From: Macrostomum lignano
Lineage: Eukaryota
Reading direction: 5' to 3'
DNA length: 64,000 nt
Assembly: GCA_002269645.1 (NCBI GenBank)
Contig: NIVC01003982.1
Span: 2,503 to 66,502, forward strand
A model generated the notes under the pieces. The model saw only the letters and a program-made list of their open reading frames with translations, did not search any database and was not told where the DNA came from. Every line of letters begins with the position of its first letter. The first letter of the stretch is position 1. Positions 33,852 through 45,652 of the stretch are shown here, piece by piece. The position numbers were made by a program, and so were the translations under genes.

Positions 33852-36800
33852 ATGAGGTAAATCTTTGCTTCAGATCATTCTCTGATTTTTATGTTCAAAT
33901 TAGCTTTTTCATTAACCTTTAGATTTATATATTACGGCAAGGTCAATGAGAGACAAATCTGAAAGCGTTTAATAGAGTGACTATAGTCATAGATTAGTCA
34001 ATTAGTGTCAGAAGCTAGTCACAAAAGCAATAATAGACTCTAGTTAATGGCTTTAATGACTGAATTTAAAGTAGCTCAACCTTTCTGTCTGTCTATTATG
34101 TCTATGACTATCCTGATTAGCTTCTGACATTAATGACTATTGTAACTGACTTCTGACACTAATTAACAGGATATGACTATAGAGACTAGCTTCCGACACT
34201 AAATGACTAGCTTCTGACACCAATGACTTGCTTCTGACACTAACTGACTAGTCTGTGACGATTGTGACTAGTCTATGACAATCGTGACTAGTCTATGAAT
34301 ATGGTGACTAGCTTCTGACAGTAATGACTAGCTTCTAACACTAATGATTACCTTCCGACACTAATGATTACCTTCTTAACAATAATGACTAGCTTCCGAC
34401 ACAAATTACTACCTTCCTAACACTAATGACTACCTTCCTAACACTAATGACTACCTTCCTACGCTCGTAACACTAATGACTAGCTTCTGACACTAATGAC
34501 TAGCTTCCGACACTAATGACTGGCTTCCGACACTAATGACTAGCTTCCGACAGTAATGACTAGCTTCCGACAGTAATGACTAGCTTCTGACACTAATGAC
34601 TAGCTTCTGACACTAATGACTAGCTTCTGACACTAATGACTAGCTTCCGACACAAATTACTACCTTCCTAACACTACTGACTACCTTCCTAACACTAATG
34701 ACTACATTCCTAACACTAATGCCTACCTTCCGACACTAATGACTAGCTTCCGACACAAATTACTACCTTCCTAACACTACTGACTACCTTCCTAACACTA
34801 ATGACTACATTCCTAACACTAATGCCTACCTTCCGACACTAATGACTAGCTTCCGACACTAATGACTAGCTTCTGACACTAATGACTAGCTTCTGACACT
34901 AATGATTAGCTTCTGACACTAATGACTAGCTTCCGACACTAATGACTAGCTTCCGACACTAATGACAAGCTTCCGACACTAATGACTAGCTTCCGACACT
35001 AATGACTAGCTTCTGACACTAATGACTAGCTTCTGACACTAATGACTAGCTTCCGACACTAATGACTAGCTTCTGACACTAATGACTAGCTTCCGACACT
35101 AATGACTAGCTTCTGACACTAATGACTAGCTTCCGACACTAATGACTAGCTTCCGACACTAATGACTAGCTTCCGACACTAATGACTAGCTTCCGACAGT
35201 AATGACTAGCTTCTGACACTAATGACTAGCTTCTGACACTAATGACTAGCTTCCGACACTAATGACTAGCTTCCGACACTAATGACTAGCTTCTGACACT
35301 AATGATTAGCTTCCGACACTAATGACTAGCTTCCGACACTAATGACTAGCTTCCGACTAGCTTCCGACACTAATGACTAGCTTCTGACACTAATGACTAG
35401 CCTCCGACTACCTTCTGACACTAATGACTAGCTTCTGACACTAATGACTAGCTTCCGACACTAATGGCTAGCTTCCGACACTAATGACTAGCTTCCGACA
35501 CTAATGACTAGCTTCCGACACTAATGCCTACCTTCCGACACTAATGACTAGCTTCCAACACAAATTACTACCTTCCTAACACTAATGACTAGCTTCTGAC
35601 ACTAACTGACTAGTCTATGACGATCGTGACTAGCTTCTGAAGCCAATTACTAGCTTCTGACACTAATGACTAGTCTATGACGATCGTGACTAGCTTCTGA
35701 AGCCAATTACTAGCTTCTGACACTAACTGACTAGTCTATGACGATCGTGACTAGCTTCTGAAGCCAATTACTAGCTTCTGACACTAATGACTAGTCTATG
35801 ACGATCGTGACTAGCTTCTGAAGCCAATTACTAGCTTCTGACACTAATGACTAGTCTATGACGATCGTGACTAGCTTCTGAAGCCAATTACTAGCTTCTG
35901 ACACTAATGACTAGTCTATGACGATTGCCCCCACTGGCCGACCTCCGCAGCGAGCTCAAGCACGTCCGCGACCCAGTCACTGGCCGCTGCGTGGCCTGCG
36001 AAGCGCTGAACAAGAGCGGCGGCCTCGACTTGGCCTACCACCCAGACTACGGCCTCAACACCGGCTCGGGTCTCATGGTGCAGCAGAATCAGAACCGACC
36101 GACAACGCCAGTAATTTTCGACCCCTCAGATCCCAACTATATCAGAGCTATTCGCCGGGGCAGTGTTGCCTTATCCAAGGGCCAGGGAGTGTACACCCAC
36201 GGAGCCAATCCGCAGCAGTTCGATCAACCGTCGCCAACGCTGATGAAGCGCCAGTCGCAGCCGCAGATTCTTCTGCTGGACACCCAGTCGGCGCCGCAGC
36301 AGCAGCCGAACTACCGGTTCGTTCAACCATCGCCAAGCGGCAGCAACAACAAAGTTGTGCTGTGGCAGCAGGCCGCCTCTGGCAGGGTGGAGCCGCAGCC
36401 GCAGTACTCCATGGCCACCGTGGCTGGCGCGGCCATGAAGCAGCCGAGACCGCCACCGCCGCAGACGGTCTGGGTGCAGCCGTCGGGTGGCGGAGGTGCC
36501 AACCTGCACGGTGCCAACTTCTACCCGGGTTAGAGAGTACAGCCTGTACTTTGGTTTGTAGAATAGAGCAGATCATAGGGGGACTGACTGATCTGGGAGG
36601 CTGGCCCACCAACTGAGGATCTGGGAGGCTGGCCCAGCAACTGAGGATCTGGGAGGTTGGCCCAGGTACTGAGGATTTGGGAGGCTGGCCCAGCAACTGA
36701 GAATCTGGGAGGCTGGCCCAGGTACTGAGGATTTGGGAGGCTGGCCCAGGTACTGAGGATCTGGGAGGCTGGCCCAGCAACTGAGGATCTGGGAGGCTGG

Positions 36801-38310
36801 CCCAGCAACTGAGGATCTGGGAGGCTGGCCCCATCAACTGAGGATCTGGGAGGCTGGCCCAGCAACTGAGGATCTGGGAGGCTGGCCCAGCAACTGAGAA
36901 TCTGGGAGGCTGGCCCATCAACTGAGGATCTGGGAGGCTGGCCCAGCAACTGAGAATCTGGGAGGCTGGCCCACCAACTGAGGATCTGGGAGGCTGGCCC
37001 ACCAACTGAGGATCTGGGAGGCTGGCCCAGCAACTGAGGATCTGGGAGGCTGGCCCACCAACTGAGGATCTGGGAGGCTGGCCCAGCAACTGAGGATCTG
37101 GGAGGCTGGCCCAGTAACTGAGGATCTGGGAGGCTGGCCCAGCAACTGAGGATCTGGGAGGCTGGCCCAGCAACTGAGGATCTGGGAGGCTGGCACAGCA
37201 ACTGAGGATCTGGGAGGCTGGCCCAGCAACTGAGGATCTGGGAGGCTGGCCCACCAACTGAGGATCTGGGAGGCTGGCCCAGCAACTGAGGATCTGGGAG
37301 GCTGGCCCACCAACTGAGGATCTGGGAGGCTGGCCCAGCAACTGAGGATCTGGGAGGCTGGCCCAGCAACTGAGGATCTGGGAGGCTGGCCCACCAACTG
37401 AGGATCTGGGAGGCTGGCCCAGCAACTGAGGATCTGGGAGGCTGGCCCACCAACTGAGGATCTGGGAGGCTGGCCCACCAACTGAGGATCTGGGAGGCTG
37501 GCCCAGCAACTGAGGATCTGGGAGGCTGGCCCAGCAACTGAGGATCTGGGAGGCTGGCCCAGCAACTGAGGATCTGGGAGGCTGGCCCAGCAACTGAGGA
37601 TCTGGGAGGCTGGCCCAGCAACTGAGGATCTGGGAGGCTGGCCCAGCAACTGAGGATCTGGGAGGCTGGCCCAGCAACTGAGGATCTGGGAGGTTTAACC
37701 TATGCTTATTCAAATCGTCAGATGGTTGCTACAACACAGACATCACAGTTCCACAAAATTTCTCCGATTTCTAGGCTACGGCGGAGGTCGCGGCGGCGGT
37801 CCCGGAGGCGGCGGACGTAGCGGCTGCTGCAGCGGGTGCAAGCTGTGCTGCCTGAGCTGCTGCCCCTCATGCCGAGGCAAAAACCCGGGCGGCCGCGGAG
37901 GCGGCGGCGTGGAGTCGGGACCGAAGCGGCCCTACTGGAGCTACGAAGACGGCGACTCGCGCGGCCGCTGCTGCAAAGGCTGGCTGATCGCCATCTGCGC
38001 GCTGCTCATCCTGGCTGCCATCATCGCGGCCATCGTGGCGCCGCTGCTCAGCTTGGAGGCCGCCGCGCAGACGGTGCCGCTGAACCGTCGCTACCTGCTG
38101 GTGAACAATGACACCCTGTGCCAGCAGCAGGCCAAGAATGGCGGCACCACTCTGGCCGGTTGCGCCTACACCAAAGCCGCTGAACTCGTTGTGGACTCCA
38201 CATTCACCAACCCGCCAGTGGTCTACTCGGCTGCTGAGCCGGCGCTCGGGTTTTCCATTGTCTCCGCTGGCTGCTCGTTTGTTGTCGTTGCTATGGTAAC
38301 CATCAATTGA
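33852..38310 (+). CDS. Orphan membrane protein: Pro/Gln-rich N-region, Gly-rich and Cys-string region, one TM, hydrophobic C-terminus; join(33852..33856,35951..36528,37775..38310)
   Basis: GC-rich open frames with compatible phases (ATG AG|C GAG gives MSELKH; CCG G|GC TAC). Contains CCSGCKLCCLSCCPSC and WLIAICALLILAAIIAAIVAPLL. The first mini-exon is tentative. Confidence 0.62.
34130..35917. repeat. 20-bp minisatellite GACACTAATGACTAGCTTC(C/T), ending in about 60-bp higher-order units
   Basis: Fills the predicted intron 33857-35950. Confidence 0.95.
36585..37693. repeat. 28-bp minisatellite GAGGCTGGCCCAGCAACTGAGGATCTGG
   Basis: Period 28; fills intron 36529-37774. Confidence 0.96.
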
Positions 38311-38424
38311 GAAGCAAACTTTTGAAAAACAGTCGCTGTGTGTGTGTTGCTTACTTGGTCAAAGTTGGTCAGTGTTGCTTACTTGGTACTTTTTAAGTAC
38401 TTTTATATTATTCAGGGCGAGTTT

Positions 38425-38835
38425 TTAGCACCAGGGGCTTTAGCACCAGGGACTTTAGCACCAGGGGCTTTAGCACCAGGGGCTTTACACCCAGGGACTT
38501 TAGCACCAGGGGCTTTAGCACCAGGGGCTTTACACCCAGGGACTTTAGCACCCAGGGACTTTAGCACCCAGGGACTTTAGCACCCAGGGACTTTAGCACT
38601 TTAGGACTTTAGCACCAGGGACTTTAGCACCCAGGGACTTTAGCACTTTAGGACTTTAGCACCAGGGACTTTAGCACCCAGGGACTTTAGCACTTTAAGA
38701 CTTTAGCACCAGGGACTTTAGCACCAGGGACTTTAGCAACAGGGGCTTTAGCACCCAGGGACTTTAGCAACAGGGGCTTTAGCACCCAGGGACTTTAGCA
38801 CCCAGGGACTTTAGCACTTTAGGACTTTAGCCCCT
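38425..38835. repeat. 15-16-bp minisatellite AGCAC(C)CAGGGACTTT
   Basis: Tandem units seen directly. Confidence 0.92.
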
Positions 38836-39807
38836 GCTAGAGGTAATAATACGACGTTAGTATTTAATAGAGCCCTAAAAATGAAGATCAAATTATTTGG
38901 GTAGTCTTTGATATAATCTGTTGTCAATTTCTGTAGCAATTAGACACAGTCTATTCCTGACGGAAATTACTTAGAATCAGGTTTTACTTGTGTCGAATAA
39001 AAATCGATTCAAATTACAAGCCGCATGCTTTGCTCCTTCTTTGTAGATTTTTTAATACTTCTCAAGCAAAATTTTTTACCTTATTTCACACTATTTTTTT
39101 GTTTTACACTCAAAAACTTGCTTATACCTATCATTTGTCGGTAGACAGAGTTACTAAGAATTTCCGGAATCGTATATTCTGTAATTCACTAAAACAAAAA
39201 GTGCTTTATAGTTTACCTATATAAGAAAACATTTTTTCACCTTTAAAGTGCTTCCCTTTGTTTTACTGCAATCCAGAAATAAAAATCAAAGTTTCAATTT
39301 CGACAGTAATTTAATAAACATGGTGTTTTCTCAAATTCTTTTTCTTTCTAAAGTTATTACGAATCCGACAAAAATCCAGTTTAAACTGGTTTAGTTTGCA
39401 GTCACTTCAAGCAGTGCTTTAAGGTCTTCCCGATGCTCTCCAATTGCTCTCTTTACTGCAGTCAGTGAATGCACTTTTAACGATTACCCAGTGAGGACAG
39501 ATACTCTTACACTGCATTTTCCAGGAAAGTCTAGCAGTATAACAGGATGCAGGATTTGCTTCTCTTTCAGGCTCTGCTCACTCTTGAGAAAATAGAGACG
39601 TTTAAAGGAAGTTTTTTGCTTATTTCTTCTTCCATATCTCCAAGCCTAGCTCAAAGTTAGCAAATATCACTCTCTGTCTCTGTCTCTGTTTTTCAGTTCA
39701 GGTGTAACCCAAAAAACTACGAGCGTAGGATGCGATGACGTGGTGCCATGGCGGAAGAGAGGCTCCTTGGCAAAATAAAACTGGCACATATGGGAAACAG
39801 TGCAATC

Positions 39808-39810
<3 letters not shown>

Positions 39811-39888
<78 letters not shown>
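39811..39888. repeat. (AG)n microsatellite
   Basis: Seen directly. Confidence 0.97.
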
Positions 39889-39891
<3 letters not shown>

Positions 39892-40153
39892 AGGGAAGGA
39901 CAAACCAGAAATGGTTGGTTGGGAAATTTCACGGGTAAGTGCTCACCTGATTGGCAAAGCGGTGGGAAGAACGGATGGGTGGTTGGCTGGGAAGCAGTCC
40001 TTATCAACTTATCCACAGCTCAGGCAGATGGAAGGTTAGACGAGAGGAGCGAGGTTGAGCAACTCTGACAAAATTTATTGAGCTAATTTGGGCTCGAAAC
40101 TTAATTTTAAATCACATAATTCGTGATCCCTGATTCAGCAGCTTGCGCTAGAG

Positions 40154-42763
40154 ATGTCCATCTTGCTGTCTTCCGGCAAAGGCGCCGCGTCCAAATTTCG
40201 TGACGGCGCGAAGAAAGGCCGACCGGAGAAAGTCAAGAGGTGAGACTGGGGGCGAGACTGAGGCTGAGGGTGAGACTGAGGGTGAGACTGAGGGTGAGAC
40301 TGAGGGTGAGACTGAGGGTGAGACTGAGGGTGAGACTGAGGGTGAGACTGAGGGTGAGACTGAGGGTGAGACTGAGGGTGAGACTGAGGGTGAGACTGAG
40401 GGTGAGACTGAGGGTGAGACTGAGGGTGAGACTGAGGGTGAGACTGAGGGTGAGACTGAGGGTGAGACTGAGGGTGAGACTGAGGGTGAGACTGAGGGTG
40501 AGACTGAGGGTGAGACTGAGGGTGAGACTGAGGGTGAGACTGAGGGTGAGACTGAGGGTGAGACTGAGGGTGAGACTGAGGGTGAGACTGAGGGTGAGAC
40601 TGAGGGTGAGACTGAGGGTGAGACTGAGGGTGAGACTGAGGGTGAGACTGAGGGTGAGACTGAGGGTGAAACTAATCAAGAAAATTATGGAATGATTCGC
40701 CAAGAGCAAGAGAGTGAGTGAATTAATGAATTGAAAGCTATGTCAGTGGCAAGTGAAATCAATAAACGGCTGCATGGACCAGCATTTGTTTATTAAAATT
40801 AAAGCACGACCGGCCTATGATGGACAGACGTGGGAACTCCAGCGAGCACAGGAAAGCAGTCGTGGACAGTGAATTTATTGCTTAGCACTTCAGCCTACCT
40901 AACAAGAGTCCTCACTTGCCACAGAGTCCACAGCTCTCGTGCGAATGTTAATATACATGCCTAACGATAAATAAAGTTAGTGCCGCTGTACACTCCTGTG
41001 TGAGTGTGCGCCTGTGCGTTTGACTGCGTACGTATCCGCGCGCTTGTGTGCCTGCTCAGGGAAGTCGGCGGAATGGGCAGCAATGCCTCTCGCACACTAA
41101 ACACTTGGGCAAATAGGGAGATGCTGAGTGGGGAAAAAACTTTCACTATGGAAACACGGCTCAGAGTTGATGAGGAAGAGAAGCTGCAAAATACCTGCGG
41201 CTATAATCCAACAGTTGCAAACTCTGCCAGGGGCCCACCCATGCACTCTGCTGCCAAACTCCCCCACACACAGACCCTACTTGTGTTACACCTGCCTGGG
41301 GCAGACAAGAGTTGATAATTGCTTGCCACGGCTGCAGAATCCCAGGCAGGAAAAAAATAGCTAAAAGATGCCAAGTAGTTGCCATGCATGTCTACAGGTA
41401 GATCTGCGCTGAAATTTCATTGCACCTGAGAAGAAAAAAGAAACAGTGTGTGAATTACCATGGCGACAGCTGCTGCAGCTCTGAGACCTGTGCCTCAGAA
41501 GATATAGTTAATAATACAATATTACGTACGCGTAGGGCTGACTGGTTGGTTACTTACTCACTTCTCAGCTTCATCCATTAACCCAGGCCGGCTGTCTGAA
41601 AATGCCACATTTCAGAGCGGCCAACGATGCCCAGTTCCATCCCTACCTGCCCACGGACGCCACTGTGGTGTGGAATACGAAAATCAGTGGAGTGGATTAC
41701 AGCTTGGCTCTCGGTGAGTTGATGGCTCTAGCTAAAAAACTGATTACTATAATTAGAAATAATTAATAATTAATACTTAATGCTGCCAGAAAATTTTCTG
41801 TTGTACTTTCAGACAAGGAATCGCTGGATCTCTGGTGCAATGATAACGTCATTGATGCCGAGGTGAGATAACTGAGATTCTCATTGGTGAGATATCGATA
41901 ATTGAGACTATCATACATGAGATATCGTTAATTGAGACTTTCATAGGTGAGATATCGATAATTGAGACTCTCATACATGAGATATCGATAATTGAGACTC
42001 TAATAGGTGAGATATCGATAATTGAGACTATCATTAGTTGAGATATCGATAATTGAGACTCTTGTAGGTGAGATATCGATAATAGGGACTCTCATGGATG
42101 AGATATCGATAATTGAGACTCTCATTAGTTGAGATATCGATAATTGAGACTCTCATTAGTTGAGATATGGATAATTGAGACTCTCATTAGTTGAGATATT
42201 GATAATTGAGACTCTCACTTGTGAGATATCGATAATTGAGACACTCACTTGTGAGATATCGATAATTGAGACTCTCATTAGTTCAGATATCGATAATTGA
42301 GACTCTCATACATGAGATATCGATAATTGAGACACTCATTTGTGAGATATCGATAATTGAGACTCTCATTAGTTCAGATATCGATAATTGAGACTCTCAT
42401 ACATGAGATGTCGATAATTGAGACACTCATTTGTGAGATATCGATAATCGAGACTCTCAGGTATGATATCGATCATTGAGACTTTTATATGTAGTATTTG
42501 AGACTCTCATTGGTGAGATATCGATAATTTAAGGTTCTCATATGTAAATATTGATAACTAATATTCTCCCCAACTGCCACCATATAAAAACTTTGAATTC
42601 AATACACCAGTGCGACTTCAACGACACCGGCTCTAAGATGGAGTTCCAGCTGGCGGGCAAGCGTGCCTGCCTCAAGATGCAGCCCAGCAGCCGCGGCACC
42701 AAGTACAGACTGACCTTGGACGGGGCCAAGGTGCCCAAAGCGAAGGCCACCAATCAGGATTAA
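40154..42763 (+). CDS. FAIM: FAIM-like protein with only the C-terminal FAIM domain; join(40154..40239,41616..41713,41813..41862,42611..42763)
   Basis: All three introns are GT-AG with matching phases. TVVWNTKISGVDYSLALDKESLDLWCNDNVIDAECDFNDTGSKMEFQLAGKRACLK..KYRLTLDG aligns with recalled FAIM1 TNTWVLHMDGENFRIVLEKDAMDVWCNGKKLETAGEFVDDGTETHFSIG..HTLIVDN. Confidence 0.85.
40240..40669. repeat. 12-bp minisatellite GAGGGTGAGACT starting at the FAIM intron 1 donor
   Basis: More than 30 near-perfect units. Confidence 0.96.
40950..41095 (+). mobile_element. Internal fragment of the tRNA-SINE family
   Basis: ACATGCCTAACGATAAATAAAGTTAGTGCCGCTGTACACTCCTGTGTGAGTGTG..GGCGGAATGGGCAGCAATGCCTCTCGC matches the full copies. 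Confidence 0.82.
41863..42535. repeat. 30-31-bp minisatellite (G/T/A)TGAGATATCGATAATTGAGACTCTCA.. filling FAIM intron 3
   Basis: The first unit begins at the donor GTGAGATA. Confidence 0.93.
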
Positions 42764-42994
42764 AGGGGTCTCCAAGCTTAAATTAACTTGTCTATTAGTT
42801 AAAAAAAAATTAACACGAAAATTTTGACAATTTCTCGTTAAAAAGTAGAAGCTGCCTTAGATATTGTTTAAACGCAAATATTTTACTTTTAATTTTGCCT
42901 TTAAACTGCTTAAACGAAATCTTTTCACACCCCTTTATTTAGAAATTTACCGTACTTCTAAATGTCATGTTCTGCTTTTCGATAATTGGGCTGC

Positions 42995-43245
42995 ACTACA
43001 GAATGTGGCGCCACAAGGGCTACAGAATGGGGCGCCACAAAGGCTACAGAATGTGGCGCCATAACGGCTACAGTATGTGGCGCCACAAAGGCTACAGAAT
43101 GTGACGCCACAAAGGCTACAGTATGTGGCGCCACAAAGGCTACAGAATGTGGCGCCACAAAGGCTACAGTATGCATGTGGCGCCACAAAGGCTACAGAAT
43201 ATGGCGCCACAAAGGCTACAGAATGAGGCGCCACAAAGGCTACAG
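42995..43245. repeat. 24-bp minisatellite TGTGGCGCCACAAAGGCTACAGAA
   Basis: Tandem units seen directly. Confidence 0.92.
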
Positions 43246-43804
43246 AGGGAAATTCGAATGGCAAACAGCACAGGTGAAGTTCTTCATCTTTCATTCTATC
43301 ATCGCATCTATCAAGGCATTAATTTTACTCAGTTTTACTCATGTTTTAATTACTTTTCTCAATATATTGTTCTTCGTAAGGAAACAATTTTTTCTGTAAA
43401 AACTTTACGAACTTTATTTCTCTATTTTCGAATTAATATTGATAGAAGTTTCTTTTCATTTTAAAGTACACTCTAATTACCGTCATTTCTGTGATGCAAC
43501 TGTGTGCACTAAAATATTTAGTTGGTTGGGTATCACGTATTGTTACAAGTTACAATGCGGGTAGATTTTCCACTAAAGTAATTTGTCACTCCAGACAAAT
43601 ATAATTAAACTGCTGTTAAGTAATATATATAAATATACTCGTAAATTATTAAAACTTTCATTGTAATTTCTGCAATTGCTGAGATACGTGCAACTTGTTT
43701 ATTTCAAATTGTTTCATACGTTGCCAGAATGTCAGAATGTTATGAAACTTGTTGGAATGCTTGAGTTTTTAGTATCAAGGCGTTGCTTAGTGTCAGGAAA
43801 GGAG

Positions 43805-45652
43805 GAGGCGCTGAAGTTAGTGTCAGATAGAGGCGCTGAAGTTAGTGTCAGGTAGAGGTGCTGAAGTTAGTGTCAGGTAAAGGCGCTGAAGTTAGTGTCA
43901 GATAGAGGCGCTGAAGTTAGTGTCAGGTAGAGGCGCTGAAGTTAGTGTCAGGTAGAGGCGCTGAAGTTAGTGTCAGGTAAAGGCGCTGAAGTTAGTGTCA
44001 GGTAAAGGCGCTGAAGTTAGTGTCAGGTGGAGACGCTGAAGTTTGTGTCAGGTAGAGGCGCTGAAGTTTGTGTCAGGTGGAGACGCTGAAGTTTGTGTCA
44101 GGTAGAGACGCTGAAGTTTGTGTCAGGTAGAGACGCTGAAGTTAGTGTCAGGTAGAGACGCTGAAGTTAGTGTCAGGTAGAGACGCTGAAGTTAGTGTCA
44201 GGTAGAGACGCTGAAGTTAGTGTCAGGTAGAGACGCTGAAGTTAGTGTCAGGTAGAGACGCTGAAGTTAGTGTCAGGTAGAGACGCTGAAGTTAGTGTCA
44301 GGTAGAGACGCTGAAGTTAGTGTCAGGTAAAGGCGCTGAAGTTAGTGTCAGGTAAAGGCGCTGAAGTTAGTGTCAGGTAGAGGCGCTGAAGTTAGTGTCA
44401 GGTAAAGGCGCTGAAGTTAGTGTCAGGTAAAGGCGCTGAAGTTAGTGTCAGGTGGAGACGCTGAAGTTTGTGTCAGGTAGAGGCGCTGAAGTTTGTGTCA
44501 GGTGGAGACGCTGAAGTTTGTGTCAGGTAGAGACGCTGAAGTTTGTGTCAGGTAGAGACGCTGAAGTTAGTGTCAGGTAGAGACGCTGAAGTTAGTGTCA
44601 GGTAGAGACGCTGAAGTTAGTGTCAGGTAGAGACGCTGAAGTTAGTGTCAGGTAGAGACGCTGAAGTTAGTGTCAGGTAGAGACGCTGAAGTTAGTGTCA
44701 GGTAGAGACGCTGAAGTTAGTGTCAGGTAGAGACGCTGAAGTTAGTGTCAGGTAGAGACGCTGGAGTTAGTGTCAGGTAGAGACGCTGAAGTTAGTGTCA
44801 GGTAGAGACGCTGAAGTTAGTGTCAGGTAGAGACGCTGAAGTTAGTGTCAGGTAGAGACGCTGAAGTTAGTGTCAGGTAGAGGCGCTGAAGTTAGTGTCA
44901 GGTAGAGACGCTGAAGTTAGTGTCAGGTAGAGACGCTGAAGTTAGTGTCAGGTAGAGACGCTGAAGTTAGTGTCAGGTAGAGACGCTGAAGTTAGTGTCA
45001 GGTAGAGGCGCTGAAGTTAGTGTCAGGTAGAGACGCTGAAGTTAGTGTCAGGTAGAGACGCTGAAGTTAGTGTCAGGTAGAGACGCTGAAGTTAGTGTCA
45101 GGTAGAGACGCTGAAGTTAGTGTCAGGTAGAGGCGCTGAAGTTTGTGTCAGGTGGAGACGCTGAAGTTAGTGTCAGGTAGAGGCGCTGGAGTTAGTGTCA
45201 GGTGGAGACGCTGAAGTTAGTGTCAGGTAGAGGCGCTGAAGTTAGTGTCAGGTAGAGACGCTGAAGTTAGTGTCAGGTAGAGACGCTGAAGTTAGTGTCA
45301 GGTAGAGACGCTGAAGTTAGTGTCAGGTAGAGACGCTGAAGTTAGTGTCAGGTAGAGGCGCTGAAGTTAGTGTCAGGTAGAGACGCTGAAGTTAGTGTCA
45401 GGTAGAGACGCTGAAGTTAGTGTCAGGTAGAGACGCTGAAGTTAGTGTCAGGTAGAGACGCTGAAGTTAGTGTCAGGTAGAGGCGCTGAAGTTTGTGTCA
45501 GGTGGAGACGCTGAAGTTAGTGTCAGGTAGAGGCGCTGGAGTTAGTGTCAGGTGGAGACGCTGAAGTTAGTGTCAGGTAGAGGCGCTGGAGTTAGTGTCA
45601 GGTGGAGACGCTGAAGTTAGTGTCAAGTAGAGGCGCTGGAGTTAGTGTCAGG
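43805..45652. repeat. 25-bp minisatellite GCTGAAGTTAGTGTCAGGTAGAGAC, about 1.85 kb
   Basis: Period 25, with recurring variant blocks. Confidence 0.97.

Noticed and set aside
36148-37713. 521-aa and related minus-strand ORFs
   Set aside because: Translations of the 28-bp intronic minisatellite.
38405-38835. CAGGG...CCCCTG ends suggesting a TIR element around the 15-16-bp array
   Set aside because: Match too short and no TSD.
40200-40721. (GETE)n and (RVRL)n ORFs
   Set aside because: Produced by the 12-bp repeat; the real exon is in the third frame and ends at a donor.
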